Below are positions 18,126 through 27,785 of a stretch of 32,000 nt of DNA, piece after piece. Made by a program: the position numbers and the translations under genes. The stretch comes from Sulfolobus acidocaldarius DSM 639 (GTDB lineage: Archaea; Thermoproteota; Thermoprotei_A; Sulfolobales; Sulfolobaceae), in the NCBI RefSeq assembly GCF_000012285.1, contig NC_007181.1, forward strand, positions 360,001-392,000, written 5' to 3'. A model generated the notes under the pieces. It was not told the origin of the DNA. It saw nothing but the letters and a program-made list of their open reading frames with translations, and did not search any database. Position 1 is the first letter of the stretch; each line of letters starts with the position of its first letter.

Positions 18126-18289
18126 ATGTAGTAGAACTCATTTTACTAATAGTAGGTATATGCATGTTTCCATATGGTATCTATGAAGTATGGAAAGGGA
18201 ATGGGGACAAGGATCTTAAATTAGTTATTATAGGAATCTCCCTAGCCTTATTTATTGTAGAAACAGTTTTAGTCTTCATAACTAAATAA
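18122..18289 (+). CDS. Possible small 2-TM protein (55 aa); not in the supplied ORF track
   Basis: The GTG at 18122 overlaps the rhomboid TGA (GTGA). I translated it as [55 protein letters not shown]. It ends 8 nt before the next gene. Confidence 0.35.
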   Translation: MNVVELILLIVGICMFPYGIYEVWKGNGDKDLKLVIIGISLALFIVETVLVFITK

Positions 18290-18297
18290 TTAGAAGA

Positions 18298-18867
18298 ATG
18301 ATTATAATCGTAGCAGGGACACCGGGAACCGGAAAGACTACAGTTGCAAAGGCGTTATCTGAAAAATTAAACCTAAATTTTCTTCTTCTCTCATCATTTA
18401 TAATAGAAAATAAGGCTTACACAGAATATGATGATATTAGACAAAGTTATATCATCGATGAAGATAAAGTATTTGAGTTAATAGAGAAATATATAGAGAA
18501 TAATCCTAATGTTGTGATCGAGACAATTTACCCTTCTCTTGTGCCTAAAGCGGATAAGATCGTAGTTCTGAAAAGAGATCCTTTCATCTTGCATGAGGAG
18601 TTGAAAAAGAGAAATTGGAATGAGTTAAAGATAGCGGAAAATTTAGAGGCTGAAATATTAGGTGTAATAGAGGCAGAGGCAATAGAAGCTTTTGGAAAAG
18701 ATAAGGTATGTAGCATAAACAATACAGGAAGGACAATTTCTCAGATATTAGAAAAAATAATTAAAAATGAATGTGAGCAAATTGATTGGTTAGATGATGA
18801 AAAAATTCAGAATTTCTTATTATCATTAGATAAGGTTATTAGTAAGTATGAAGATGAGAAAAGTTGA
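18298..18867 (+). CDS. Fap7/AK6-like adenylate kinase (ribosome-biogenesis NTPase)
   Basis: P-loop [15 protein letters not shown] at the extreme N-terminus. The 189 aa length and layout match archaeal Fap7-type kinases. Confidence 0.7.
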   Translation: MIIIVAGTPGTGKTTVAKALSEKLNLNFLLLSSFIIENKAYTEYDDIRQSYIIDEDKVFELIEKYIENNPNVVIETIYPSLVPKADKIVVLKRDPFILHEELKKRNWNELKIAENLEAEILGVIEAEAIEAFGKDKVCSINNTGRTISQILEKIIKNECEQIDWLDDEKIQNFLLSLDKVISKYEDEKS

Positions 18868-18879
18868 GAGTGAAAATTT

Positions 18880-19767
18880 TTGAGTGATAATCCTTTCAGA
18901 ATGTCTTCTCCCCAGCAACCCACAAAACAACCCAGAGACCTAAGAAAGGTACAGCCACAAGCACCACAAGCAGTAGATATGAAGCTACAGCTTAGAATGA
19001 AGAGGGTTAAGTATAAGATAGCTATTCTTAGTGGAAAAGGCGGTGTAGGAAAATCATTTGTATCGTCAAATTTAGCTATGGCGATAGCAGCTAGCGGAAG
19101 AAAAGTAGGCATAGTCGATGTAGACTTTCACGGTCCATCAGTACCTAAAATGCTAGGAGTTAGAGGACAGTATTTAACTGCAGATGATAATGGAATTAAT
19201 CCAGTTACCGGACCATTCAACATAAAAGTAGTTTCCATTGATTTCCTCTTACCTAAAGACGATACGCCTGTAGTTTGGAGAGGGGCTATAAAACATACTG
19301 CAATTAGACAGTTTTTGGGAGATGTAAATTGGGGAGAACTAGATTACCTATTTATTGATATGCCACCGGGGACAGGAGACGAAGCATTATCAATAGCCCA
19401 ATTAATACCAAACCTTACAGGGATGGTCATAGTTACAATTCCGTCGGAAGTGTCAACACTAGCTGTCAAGAGATCTATAAATTTCGCAAAGACTGTAAAT
19501 GCAAAGATTATAGGCGTAGTTGAAAACATGAGTCATTTCGTTTGCCCAGACTCCGGTAAGACTTACTTCATTTTTGGTGAAGGAAGAGGCAAGAAAATGG
19601 CAGATGAAATGGGAGTACCATTATTAGGTCAGGTACCATTAGATCCAATCATAGCTAAGGCTAACGATATGGGTGAACCATTCTTCGTAAAATATCCTGA
19701 GAGTCCTACTTCAAAAGAATTTATGAGTATAGCTCAAAAAATTATAAATAACGTAGAAGTAAATTAG
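18880..19767 (+). CDS. Mrp/NBP35/ApbC family Fe-S cluster carrier ATPase
   Basis: Deviant Walker A ILSGKGGVGKS, DMPPGTGD, and a C-x-x-C-like FVCPDSGK motif. Confidence 0.85.
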   Translation: MSDNPFRMSSPQQPTKQPRDLRKVQPQAPQAVDMKLQLRMKRVKYKIAILSGKGGVGKSFVSSNLAMAIAASGRKVGIVDVDFHGPSVPKMLGVRGQYLTADDNGINPVTGPFNIKVVSIDFLLPKDDTPVVWRGAIKHTAIRQFLGDVNWGELDYLFIDMPPGTGDEALSIAQLIPNLTGMVIVTIPSEVSTLAVKRSINFAKTVNAKIIGVVENMSHFVCPDSGKTYFIFGEGRGKKMADEMGVPLLGQVPLDPIIAKANDMGEPFFVKYPESPTSKEFMSIAQKIINNVEVN

Positions 19768-19988
19768 ATTTTAAATAAAAACTTCTTCTTTTCATAATCT
19801 GGTTCCTTTTTGATTTTTCCTTCTCTAACCAAATCCGCTAATATTTCTCTGAATTCTACCATATTAAATTGTATTCCTTTCTCCATGAGGATATCTCGAA
19901 TTTGGGTGGAGGTAATACCCTGTCTGTTCTCTTCAATAATCTTTAGGATTTCTGCCTTTAAATCTTCCTTTCCCATTGCATAATACAA
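19764..19988 (-). CDS. Small winged-helix-like protein (about 70 aa; likely start at MGKEDL)
   Basis: ITSTQIRDILMEKG...LADLVREGKI resembles a wHTH recognition helix plus wing. Convergent with Mrp, overlapping by 4 nt. Confidence 0.45.
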   Translation of the reverse strand: MYYAMGKEDLKAEILKIIEENRQGITSTQIRDILMEKGIQFNMVEFREILADLVREGKIKKEPDYEKKKFLFKI

Positions 19989-20050
19989 TTAGTTTTAAAA
20001 GATAAAAAGTATAAAGACAGTAGTAGTAAGATTTAAAAAAACATACTAAG

Positions 20051-20060
20051 ATATAAATTA
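20051..20060 (+). promoter_or_regulatory. TATA box (ATATAAATTA) for the Lrs14-type regulator gene
   Basis: It is centred about 23-25 nt upstream of the ATG at 20078, consistent with a leaderless transcript. Confidence 0.45.
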
Positions 20061-20077
20061 ACAAAGGCGAGATTAAA

Positions 20078-20428
20078 ATGAGTATTGAAATTACTGAAAA
20101 ATATGTAATTTTAAAAAGATTCTTATCAGTAGCCTATGGTCTTTCTGAATCAGAAATAGACACATTTCTAAGGATACTTGAAAGCAAAGAAGGTAAGGAT
20201 ATTGATGCAATATCTGCAGAACTAAAAATTAGTAAAAGTAGAACAAGCATAATATTAAAGAAGCTTTCAGATGCAGGATTAGTTGATAAGGAAAAAGGAG
20301 ATAACATGAAGGGAGGAAGACCCAAGTACGTGTATAGTGTAAATAAAGAAGAACTGAAAAATAGATTAATAGCTAAGTCTGAGGAATTATGCAAAGAATT
20401 AAACCAAGTTATTAAGTCTTTTATTTAA
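20078..20428 (+). CDS. abfR1: Lrs14-family wHTH transcriptional regulator, probably biofilm/motility regulator AbfR1
   Basis: 116 aa wHTH ([25 protein letters not shown]) with a wing [10 protein letters not shown]. Counting from Met1 puts Tyr at 84 and Ser at 87, the two wing phosphosites I recall being reported for S. acidocaldarius AbfR1. Gene order relative to agl3 and cdvB1 also fits. Confidence 0.65.
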   Translation: MSIEITEKYVILKRFLSVAYGLSESEIDTFLRILESKEGKDIDAISAELKISKSRTSIILKKLSDAGLVDKEKGDNMKGGRPKYVYSVNKEELKNRLIAKSEELCKELNQVIKSFI

Positions 20429-21127
20429 ATACTCCTTCAAAAAAGGAGTGTCCTCTATCTTTTCTTTCGTTAAGTATTCTATGTAAATACCCTTTGGTTT
20501 TTCTCTTTTATTTGTTGTATATACTACTTTGGTGGGCGTCACTATAATATCGACAGGAACGTCAAATACCTCAGTTGGAATTTCATCAACTATCTGAATA
20601 TCATGGATAGTTGTTACCACTGGAGTTGTTTCATCAATCTTTCCAATTTCCCTCAGTATAGCATATTCCAGCTCACTATAGCCTTCACCCTTTCCAACCC
20701 TATCTCCTCTTGAGGTTAAAGCCACTGAGCCTACTACTACAAGATCTACTTTGGGTATAGAATATATGTCTACTAACTCCCCTAAGTATATAAAACCTGA
20801 TATGGTTGAGGCTTTCTTATAATCACTGATTTTCGACGGATCCAAAAGATAGAAACCGCCCTTCAGTCTCGGTGTAGGTACTAGCACAGTTTTACCGTCA
20901 ATTAAAGCAAATTCTCTCACCCATCTTTGAGGAGAATCAGGATTTACCTTGAGTACTTTGGCTTTCCTGTATTCTACTATCTCTCTTAGTCTCAGCGCAG
21001 CCTCTTTAGATCCCTTGAAATTAGGAATTCTACCGAAAACAGGTCTCGGGAAAGATGCGATGTTCTTATCCTCCAGTAAACTCCAAATTTTCTCTCTTAT
21101 TTCAGCCTTAGATAAAATAATGAACAC
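20399..21127 (-). CDS. 5-formyltetrahydrofolate cyclo-ligase family protein
   Basis: N-terminal [10 protein letters not shown]...[12 protein letters not shown] and a central [11 protein letters not shown] resemble MTHFS-like proteins. 242 aa. Confidence 0.65.
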   Translation of the reverse strand: MFIILSKAEIREKIWSLLEDKNIASFPRPVFGRIPNFKGSKEAALRLREIVEYRKAKVLKVNPDSPQRWVREFALIDGKTVLVPTPRLKGGFYLLDPSKISDYKKASTISGFIYLGELVDIYSIPKVDLVVVGSVALTSRGDRVGKGEGYSELEYAILREIGKIDETTPVVTTIHDIQIVDEIPTEVFDVPVDIIVTPTKVVYTTNKREKPKGIYIEYLTKEKIEDTPFLKEYLNKRLNNLV

Positions 21128-21671
21128 CCTGATATAATATGTATGCGCCGAAAATAAGTAAAATGGTGAAGGAAAATATTTTTACATATTTTACATATCT
21201 TTGCCCTATCCTGTTTATCAGGAACGGAAAAGCTAATATCCATATTAAAATTCCTATAAAGAAACCTGGTGCTACCAGTACAGAGAATTGATTAAGCATG
21301 GAGATTCCGAATGTAAGCCACCAGCTTATTTGATAAGGATTTACTATTGCTACACTGAGACCCTTAACATAACTACCACCTGTACTAGATGATACTTGCT
21401 TTGCTCTAAGAACACTATAAGACAGGTACAACATGTACACTCCTCCTACTATGTAGAAAACAAACAGAATATTTGATGGTATAATAGACTTAAACAAGTA
21501 TGTGATCCAAAAGAATACAAAATCTGCAGTCATAGCCCCTGCGCCTACTGCGATTCCATTTAAAAATGATCTAGTAGACTCATTAGCCATCATTGCATTT
21601 ATAGGACCAGGAGGAGCAGCAATGGATAAACCCATTAAAATTCCAGTAGCAAGAGAATAAACTTCACTCAT
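21108..21671 (-). CDS. LysE/RhtB family amino-acid exporter
   Basis: 187 aa with about six TM helices and an N-terminal PGPIN motif typical of LysE-type translocators. It overlaps the downstream gene by 20 nt. Confidence 0.7.
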   Translation of the reverse strand: MSEVYSLATGILMGLSIAAPPGPINAMMANESTRSFLNGIAVGAGAMTADFVFFWITYLFKSIIPSNILFVFYIVGGVYMLYLSYSVLRAKQVSSSTGGSYVKGLSVAIVNPYQISWWLTFGISMLNQFSVLVAPGFFIGILIWILAFPFLINRIGQRYVKYVKIFSFTILLIFGAYILYQGVHYFI

Positions 21672-21829
21672 AAATATTCTTAACCCTATTGATAACTTAA
21701 ATTTTAAAGTATATTTTGTTGTATTCTGAAAGATCTTTGGCTACACGATGTAAGAATAGATCATTCACGTGTTTAAGCGAATATGAAAGATAATTACACT
21801 TACACAATCTGATTTCAAATTTAATTCAA

Positions 21830-22318
21830 ATGAAGTTTAACAATACAAAGATTGGGAAAAAATTTATTTTAAAGAATGTAGATAGCTCAATTATGACTGA
21901 AGCATCCGTAGATGAGTTGAAAAGATTATATAATCAAGGAAAGTCCATGAAGAGTATAGCTAGAGAATTAGGAATTAGTTATACTAAAGTGAGAAATATT
22001 CTCTTAAATGCAGGAGTTAATATAAGAAAGAAGAGGATTAATGAGCAGGAAGTGGTCGAGCTAGCTAAACAAGGTCATAGTGCAAGATATATCAGTAAGA
22101 TGTTAAAAATAAGTGAATCTTCAGCACTACGAATACTGAAAAAGCATAACGTGGGGAGAAAAATAAAGAAGCTGAGTGATGAGGATATAAATAAAATTAA
22201 GGAAATGTATCTTAAGGGAGAATCGATCTATAGAATTGCAAAGACTCTAGGTAAGTCCACTAACCTGGTAGTATATCATTTGAAGAGATTGGGAGTGTAT
22301 AAAAGAGGTTATACATGA
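21830..22318 (+). CDS. DNA-binding protein built from three tandem HTH repeats
   Basis: Three units of about 45 aa: GKSMKSIARELGISYTKVRNILLNAGV, GHSARYISKMLKISESSALRILKKHNV and GESIYRIAKTLGKSTNLVVYHLKRLGV. Confidence 0.6.
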   Translation: MKFNNTKIGKKFILKNVDSSIMTEASVDELKRLYNQGKSMKSIARELGISYTKVRNILLNAGVNIRKKRINEQEVVELAKQGHSARYISKMLKISESSALRILKKHNVGRKIKKLSDEDINKIKEMYLKGESIYRIAKTLGKSTNLVVYHLKRLGVYKRGYT

Positions 22319-23454
22319 ATTCTTTTCCACATATCTCTTGCTAAATCTCCATCAAATTTGAATACGTTCACTAAATCTTTAGCCTTCTCTCTTTTTTCTC
22401 TATGTTCTTCCAGGAATGCATTTAACTTGTCTACCAAAATTTGCTTAAGTTCTCCTGTCAGCATAGCACCAGACCTATAATCTTCCTCAATCTTCCTTAT
22501 CCGCTGATCATCAGGTTCAAAGAACATGTAGAGCCACTGGAAAGCAACATCTATATCTGGATTTCCGCCATATTTCCTGTGAAGTTCCACCGTAGCTTGC
22601 CCACCAGAAAATGCATATTTCATTATTTTTCTCTCAACAGTTTTGGGATCATCCGTAAGATATATAGCAGTTTCAGGCTGCGAGGAACTCATCTTTCCTT
22701 CTGGTCCTGTAAGAGGAGGGAGGAACTTACTATGTATTTGGGCTGCCTTGAAGTACCCTAAGCTTTCAGCTATATCTCTTTGTAATCTCCAATAAGGATC
22801 TTGATCAATACCTGCAGGAATTAAACATCTCCTTTTCTCGAACATTGTGGGGACTATCTGTAAAGCAGGATAGAATATAATACCTATATTGGAGGAAGTA
22901 TCAAGTCCAAATGTAGCTCTTACTTCATTAAAAGTTAGTTTTTTAGCAATTTTTACGGACAGTGGGTACATATTTTTAATGTACTCAGTATCTTGGAATA
23001 TGAATGTTTTATTGGGATCGAACCCAACAGCTATTATATCTAATATATTCTCATATGACCACTCCTTTGTCTGATCCAATGTATAATCCACGTTCCTTAG
23101 GAATTTCTCGTCATCTGTTATTTCAATATATACATTCACCTTAAACTTCTCTTGTAACCACTTAGTAAATATGAAAGGAATCAAGTGACCGATATGCATT
23201 CCTAATGACGGTGCCCTACCAGTATATAGAAAGAAACCATTACCCTTTTCATAATCATTTAGTATCAAATCGAAGTCCCTATGTGAGAAAAATACATCTC
23301 TCCTCAACATTACGTGCAACTCGTCATTAATAGCCCTCTTTGCCCTCTCCTTGAGCTCACTAGTCATTTTCTGCGTACCAAATTGCACAATTAATTTATC
23401 ATAATCTACTTTCCCTTTAACTTCCCAAGGTGTTACAGTAAAATCTTGTGCCAT
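22309..23454 (-). CDS. trpS: Tryptophan--tRNA ligase (archaeal/eukaryotic type)
   Basis: HIGH-type motif (GMHIGHLIPF), KMSKS-type motif (KMSSS) and class Ic length of 381 aa. Confidence 0.9.
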   Translation of the reverse strand: MAQDFTVTPWEVKGKVDYDKLIVQFGTQKMTSELKERAKRAINDELHVMLRRDVFFSHRDFDLILNDYEKGNGFFLYTGRAPSLGMHIGHLIPFIFTKWLQEKFKVNVYIEITDDEKFLRNVDYTLDQTKEWSYENILDIIAVGFDPNKTFIFQDTEYIKNMYPLSVKIAKKLTFNEVRATFGLDTSSNIGIIFYPALQIVPTMFEKRRCLIPAGIDQDPYWRLQRDIAESLGYFKAAQIHSKFLPPLTGPEGKMSSSQPETAIYLTDDPKTVERKIMKYAFSGGQATVELHRKYGGNPDIDVAFQWLYMFFEPDDQRIRKIEEDYRSGAMLTGELKQILVDKLNAFLEEHREKREKAKDLVNVFKFDGDLARDMWKRIHV

Positions 23455-23512
23455 ATAAAAGGAGTGAGAAAATTACAAATAAAAGCTTTAAAAATGGTAA
23501 GGGAGGGAAAAA

Positions 23513-24157
23513 TTAGCTCTTTTGTTGCTGTGTAATTCCTGCAGCAGGTAGAGATGGGAATTTCTCCTTCATCCTCTGTTCTGCAACTACAGAAGCTTCC
23601 TCTAATATCTGTCTTGCCTCTGGTGAATAGGTTGCACTTATACCACTTACACCGCTGAATTCACCAGCTTCAATTACTATTTCTTGTAAACCTTCACCTA
23701 GTTCACCTAACTCTATAGACAGTTCGGGCATTACGCCTTTCAACGAAGTCTTTAACTCATTAATTACACCCATTACGGGTATCAAGTTAGCAAATATATC
23801 ACCAAGCTCAGTTACAGTCTCTAGCCTTAAAGAGACTTGCTCCAATGCTATCTGGGTTGTCAATAATTGTTTTGTGATCTTCCTTATTTCTGCTAATTCG
23901 TTAGCGTACATTGCTGCCCTTGACTGGTCTTTACTCATCTGTGACTCTACAACTCTCTCAAATAATACTTTATCTCTCTCCTGCATTCTTCCTATATAAA
24001 CGTCAAGTCTACTAACCATGGATCTTACTCTATACTGAGCCTGAACAAGCCTGTACTTGAGAGGATCTTTACTCTTGGGAATCTTTACTTTTTGATTCCC
24101 CTCCCATATCTTTTGGAACTCTTTGCTTATCATGGTCAATATATATATTGCGGTCAT
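23513..24157 (-). CDS. cdvB1: ESCRT-III (Snf7/CdvB family) paralog, probably CdvB1; the true start is likely the ATG at 24133
   Basis: Long helical hairpin with a basic N-terminal and acidic C-terminal half, typical of ESCRT-III. Gene position relative to agl3 and abfR1 matches my recollection of S. acidocaldarius cdvB1. The TATA at 24161-24169 favours the shorter start. Confidence 0.65.
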   Translation of the reverse strand: MTAIYILTMISKEFQKIWEGNQKVKIPKSKDPLKYRLVQAQYRVRSMVSRLDVYIGRMQERDKVLFERVVESQMSKDQSRAAMYANELAEIRKITKQLLTTQIALEQVSLRLETVTELGDIFANLIPVMGVINELKTSLKGVMPELSIELGELGEGLQEIVIEAGEFSGVSGISATYSPEARQILEEASVVAEQRMKEKFPSLPAAGITQQQKS

Positions 24158-24160
24158 ACC

Positions 24161-24169
24161 TCTTATAAA
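24161..24169 (-). promoter_or_regulatory. TATA box (TTTTATAAG on the minus strand) for the ESCRT-III gene
   Basis: It lies about 30 nt upstream of the ATG at 24133 and immediately upstream (4 nt) of the longer ORF start at 24157, too close to serve that start. Confidence 0.4.
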
Positions 24170-24232
24170 ACAGAAGGTGCGATATTATACTACTAAAAAT
24201 TAATATAAAAGAGAAGAAGTAGAATAAAGTCA

Positions 24233-24937
24233 ATGAATCAAAAAATATATCTTTCTGATTGCTACGTAAAAGAATTCAGTGCAAAAATACTGAAAATCAG
24301 TCCTCAGGGAGTAGTTCTAGATAAAACTGCTTTCTATCCTGGAGGTGGAGGAGTAGAAAATGATATGGGATATTTTGTAATAGATGACAAAAAATATAAA
24401 GTAACATCTGTTAGAGAAATAGATGATGAAATATACCACGAAGTCGAGAATTCACAAGAGTTAAAAGAAGGACAGGAAATTAAGGGAGAGATTGACTGGG
24501 GAAGGCGTTATAGAATGATGAGATTACACACAGCGTCACACGTTGTCGCATCCATAGCCTTTACTAAGTATAACTCCAGGATTACCGGAGGCAATATTTC
24601 TCCTGAATATGCAAAGGACGATTTTGATATAGATGATAAAAATAAGTTAATAGAGATAATAAATGAAGCGAATCAGGTAATTAAGAAAAATATTCCGGTC
24701 AAAATTTACTTTCTAAAGCGGGACGAGGCAATGAAAATTCCTGGAATAGTGAAATTAGCCGAGAGAATGCCCCCAAATGTAGATACTTGGAGGATAGTAG
24801 AAATAGAGGGAATAGATATTCAAGCTGATGGAGGACCCCATGTCTCAAACACAAAAGAAATAGGTGAAATTAAAATTATCAAAGTCGAGAATAGAGGGAA
24901 AGGCAGAAAACGAATATACTATACTGTTTCACCTTAG
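24233..24937 (+). CDS. alaX: Alanyl-tRNA editing protein AlaX (AlaX-M type)
   Basis: HTASHVV (HxxxH) zinc motif, a later GGPHV motif, and an N-terminal beta-barrel-like region. 234 aa. Confidence 0.8.
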   Translation: MNQKIYLSDCYVKEFSAKILKISPQGVVLDKTAFYPGGGGVENDMGYFVIDDKKYKVTSVREIDDEIYHEVENSQELKEGQEIKGEIDWGRRYRMMRLHTASHVVASIAFTKYNSRITGGNISPEYAKDDFDIDDKNKLIEIINEANQVIKKNIPVKIYFLKRDEAMKIPGIVKLAERMPPNVDTWRIVEIEGIDIQADGGPHVSNTKEIGEIKIIKVENRGKGRKRIYYTVSP

Positions 24938-25016
24938 GTATTTAGTACGTTAACATTTTTTGAATTATAGTTACAATGAAGTGCTCCAACTGTTCTTCGA
25001 TCAAGAAGCTCAAAGT

Positions 25017-25448
25017 TTAGCCCCAAACATACTTGAGGCTTAAAATAAATCTTACTCCAAAACCCCCTACAATACCAATGAAATTTATTGCTGCAAGATA
25101 AATTGATGAAAGTTTCAGTGAGGAAAAAAACAGTAAAAACAGTAATTCAGTTAAATTTGAGTAATTCACAAATAAGATCACTAATCCTATAACTATGACA
25201 TATTGTACTGCTCCACCTACAAGCGAAGATACATGAAATCTCAGTAACCTACCACCAATACTACCAACTCGGCTATCCCTGAAAGTCCATATATCATTTA
25301 GAATGAAATTTGAGAGTATAGAGAATTCTATGGCAAGTGCAAGACCAACAGTAAGAGGTAAATAGTCACGGAGTAGTAGCAACACTCCCTCATTAACAAT
25401 AACACCTAGTGCACCTACTAGTGAATATTTCAGGAACCTCCCGAACAT
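25017..25448 (-). CDS. GtrA-like small membrane protein
   Basis: 143 aa with four TM helices. N-terminal FLKYSLVGALGVIVN is typical of the GtrA family. Confidence 0.65.
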   Translation of the reverse strand: MFGRFLKYSLVGALGVIVNEGVLLLLRDYLPLTVGLALAIEFSILSNFILNDIWTFRDSRVGSIGGRLLRFHVSSLVGGAVQYVIVIGLVILFVNYSNLTELLFLLFFSSLKLSSIYLAAINFIGIVGGFGVRFILSLKYVWG

Positions 25449-25507
25449 ACGATAATAAAATGAACCCTGTGTTATTAAATTTTCTCACAAGTATTTTTAA
25501 CCCTTAT

Positions 25508-26461
25508 TTATTGAATACTTACTAAATCATATATCTTTTTGAATAGAACATTAGTGTTATGTTTTACAGCTACCCTCCCATAAAATTCATTTAGCCCTTT
25601 AAATCCCTCTGAATCCCTTATTTGATAACCCAATGGTCTTAGCATCTGATTAACCCTCGTGGCAGGTATAGGAAATTTAACCAAAACGAATGGTGCTACC
25701 GTTTTGTATATTTTAAAAGGGGAAGATAAACCAGATATTAGACTACTTAGATGATCCTTACTCTTTCTAAAGAAATCCCTAACTTCCTTCGCATGAAGAT
25801 TAGAAAATACATAATAGGCTATACTATTTAGCCTCCAAGGTGGAGATTTATCTTCAAGCTCCTTAGATCTCTTACCTATTGTAAAACCTATCCTTAGACC
25901 TGGTATTGCTAAAGACTTGGTAAAGGACGAAATAAAAAGTAAATTATCAAACTCACTTGCTAAATCATAGTTAGGTTCAATTAAACTAATATCGGCAAAG
26001 GACTCGTCTAGGATAAGTTTGCCCCCATTGGATAGGAAGTCAATTATCTTTTCTCTCTCTACAAAAGATCCAGTAGGATTCACAGGATTGCTTGTAATTA
26101 CACAGCTACCCTCCAAAGAGTAAATAAAAATATCGTCTGACTCCATTGCGTAATAACTTCCTGCCCTTTTGTACTCAGAATAATTAGGCTCTGGTACATT
26201 GCATGGTTCCAACAACGAAATTACTTCTGATGCTCCGTTAAAAATTCCCACAAGTGAAATGTCAACGTTATAAAGATCAGCAATGAACTCCTTTATATCT
26301 CTCAGTTGCAAAGGCGGATAATACGAATACACTTTATTCATTAATGCGTCTCTTATGAGTTCATCGATGAATTCTGGTGTACCTAGAGGATTCAGATTAA
26401 CACTGAAATCATCTATCTTAAGTGGTCTTCCATGAACCCATTCTACGCCACCATGTCTCAT
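25508..26461 (-). CDS. Class I/II PLP enzyme, CobD-like threonine-phosphate decarboxylase / HisC family
   Basis: N-terminal HGG...DFSVNLNPLGTP hallmark of CobD-type enzymes and a PLP-lysine motif SFTKSLAIPGLRIG. 317 aa. Confidence 0.65.
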   Translation of the reverse strand: MRHGGVEWVHGRPLKIDDFSVNLNPLGTPEFIDELIRDALMNKVYSYYPPLQLRDIKEFIADLYNVDISLVGIFNGASEVISLLEPCNVPEPNYSEYKRAGSYYAMESDDIFIYSLEGSCVITSNPVNPTGSFVEREKIIDFLSNGGKLILDESFADISLIEPNYDLASEFDNLLFISSFTKSLAIPGLRIGFTIGKRSKELEDKSPPWRLNSIAYYVFSNLHAKEVRDFFRKSKDHLSSLISGLSSPFKIYKTVAPFVLVKFPIPATRVNQMLRPLGYQIRDSEGFKGLNEFYGRVAVKHNTNVLFKKIYDLVSIQ

Positions 26462-27045
26462 AAGTCTCTCTCCCTTAGAAATGCCTCAATTATATTTCTC
26501 TCTGCCCTTCTAATAATTTCAGCAAGTGTAGATGTACTAATGTTTAATTTCTTTGATAACTCATTCAGCCTAATTCTTCTGGGAAAGTCAAAGTACCCTA
26601 ACTCTAGTGCGATCTTCAGAATTTGCTCCTGTCTTCCTGTAATTATTGAAGATGGTTTAGCCTTTAGAACCTTGAGAATTTTAACGTCTATCTTACTATC
26701 GATAAAGTCTCTTAACAATTTTCTTAATTCTGTGTATCCGTTAAGAACTACAACCCATACGACAGAGTCATTACTTACTGTCCCATTAATTATAGAGTAA
26801 TTACCTAAGACTCTTATAACTCCACTAGATCTTACTTTGATGATTCCCATATAAGTATCCTTAGATACCTTTGAAAAGGACTCCTTATATGTATCTGGAA
26901 GGTTCCCCTTGAGTTCTATTAAAAGTCTGAATGTAGAGAAATTTTCCTCAGGTTTGATATCTAGAATCGTAAAGGAATTTCTTGTCCAATCCATATTTGT
27001 TATCCATTCATCAAGAGGAGTAAGAAGCGTTACGTATAATAGCAT
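26458..27045 (-). CDS. Bat-type HTH_10 transcriptional regulator with an N-terminal sensor-like domain
   Basis: C-terminal ITGRQEQILKIALELGYFDFPRRIRLNELSKKLNISTSTLAEIIRRAE is the classic HTH_10 (bacterio-opsin activator-like) motif. It overlaps the downstream PLP enzyme gene by 4 nt. Confidence 0.65.
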   Translation of the reverse strand: MLLYVTLLTPLDEWITNMDWTRNSFTILDIKPEENFSTFRLLIELKGNLPDTYKESFSKVSKDTYMGIIKVRSSGVIRVLGNYSIINGTVSNDSVVWVVVLNGYTELRKLLRDFIDSKIDVKILKVLKAKPSSIITGRQEQILKIALELGYFDFPRRIRLNELSKKLNISTSTLAEIIRRAERNIIEAFLRERDL

Positions 27046-27054
27046 CCCGAATAG

Positions 27055-27423
<369 letters not shown>

Positions 27424-27434
27424 GAAGTTAAGAA

Positions 27435-27444
27435 TTTTATTTTT
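27435..27444 (+). terminator. Oligo-T terminator after the ferredoxin gene
   Basis: TTTTATTTTT starts 12 nt after the stop codon. Archaeal termination typically occurs at T-tracts. Confidence 0.45.
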
Positions 27445-27656
27445 CCAACCTTATTTTAATATTAAAATTTCTAGAATTGTCTTGAATTAAGCTATAGGCT
27501 TATATCGAGAATTATAAACAAAAATAGAAGACAAAGAGCTATATTTTATACACACAATTTGTTAAATCACATTAATCTAGATATAACATCCTTTCTTATT
27601 TTTCTAGTTCTAGAATATTAGACATAAAATCGGCAATTAGTGATGTCACTCTAGTT

Positions 27657-27671
27657 AAAAATACATAAAAA
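27657..27671 (-). terminator. Oligo-T terminator after tRNA-His
   Basis: The minus strand reads TTTTTATGTATTTTT directly after the tRNA 3' end. Confidence 0.5.
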
Positions 27672-27672
27672 G

Positions 27673-27748
27673 GGCTCGGGCCGGGACTTGAACCCGGGAC
27701 CTATGGGTCCACAGCCCATCGCTCTAACCAGGCTGAGCTACCCGAGCC
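27673..27748 (-). tRNA. tRNA-His (anticodon GUG) with genome-encoded G-1; CCA not encoded
   Basis: Hand-folded cloverleaf: acceptor GCUCGGG/CCCGAGC, D stem GCUC/GAGC, anticodon stem AUGGG/CCCAU with loop CUGUGGA, variable loop AGGUC, T arm CCGGG-UUCAAGU-CCCGG. An extra 5' G pairs with discriminator C73, the His identity element. No intron. Confidence 0.92.
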
Positions 27749-27777
27749 AAACTACAAGACAATAGATTCATGCAAAG

Positions 27778-27785
27778 AATTTAAA
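27778..27785 (-). promoter_or_regulatory. TATA box (TTTAAATT on the minus strand) for tRNA-His
   Basis: It lies about 30 nt upstream of the tRNA 5' end, just 3' of the coaBC stop codon. Confidence 0.45.
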
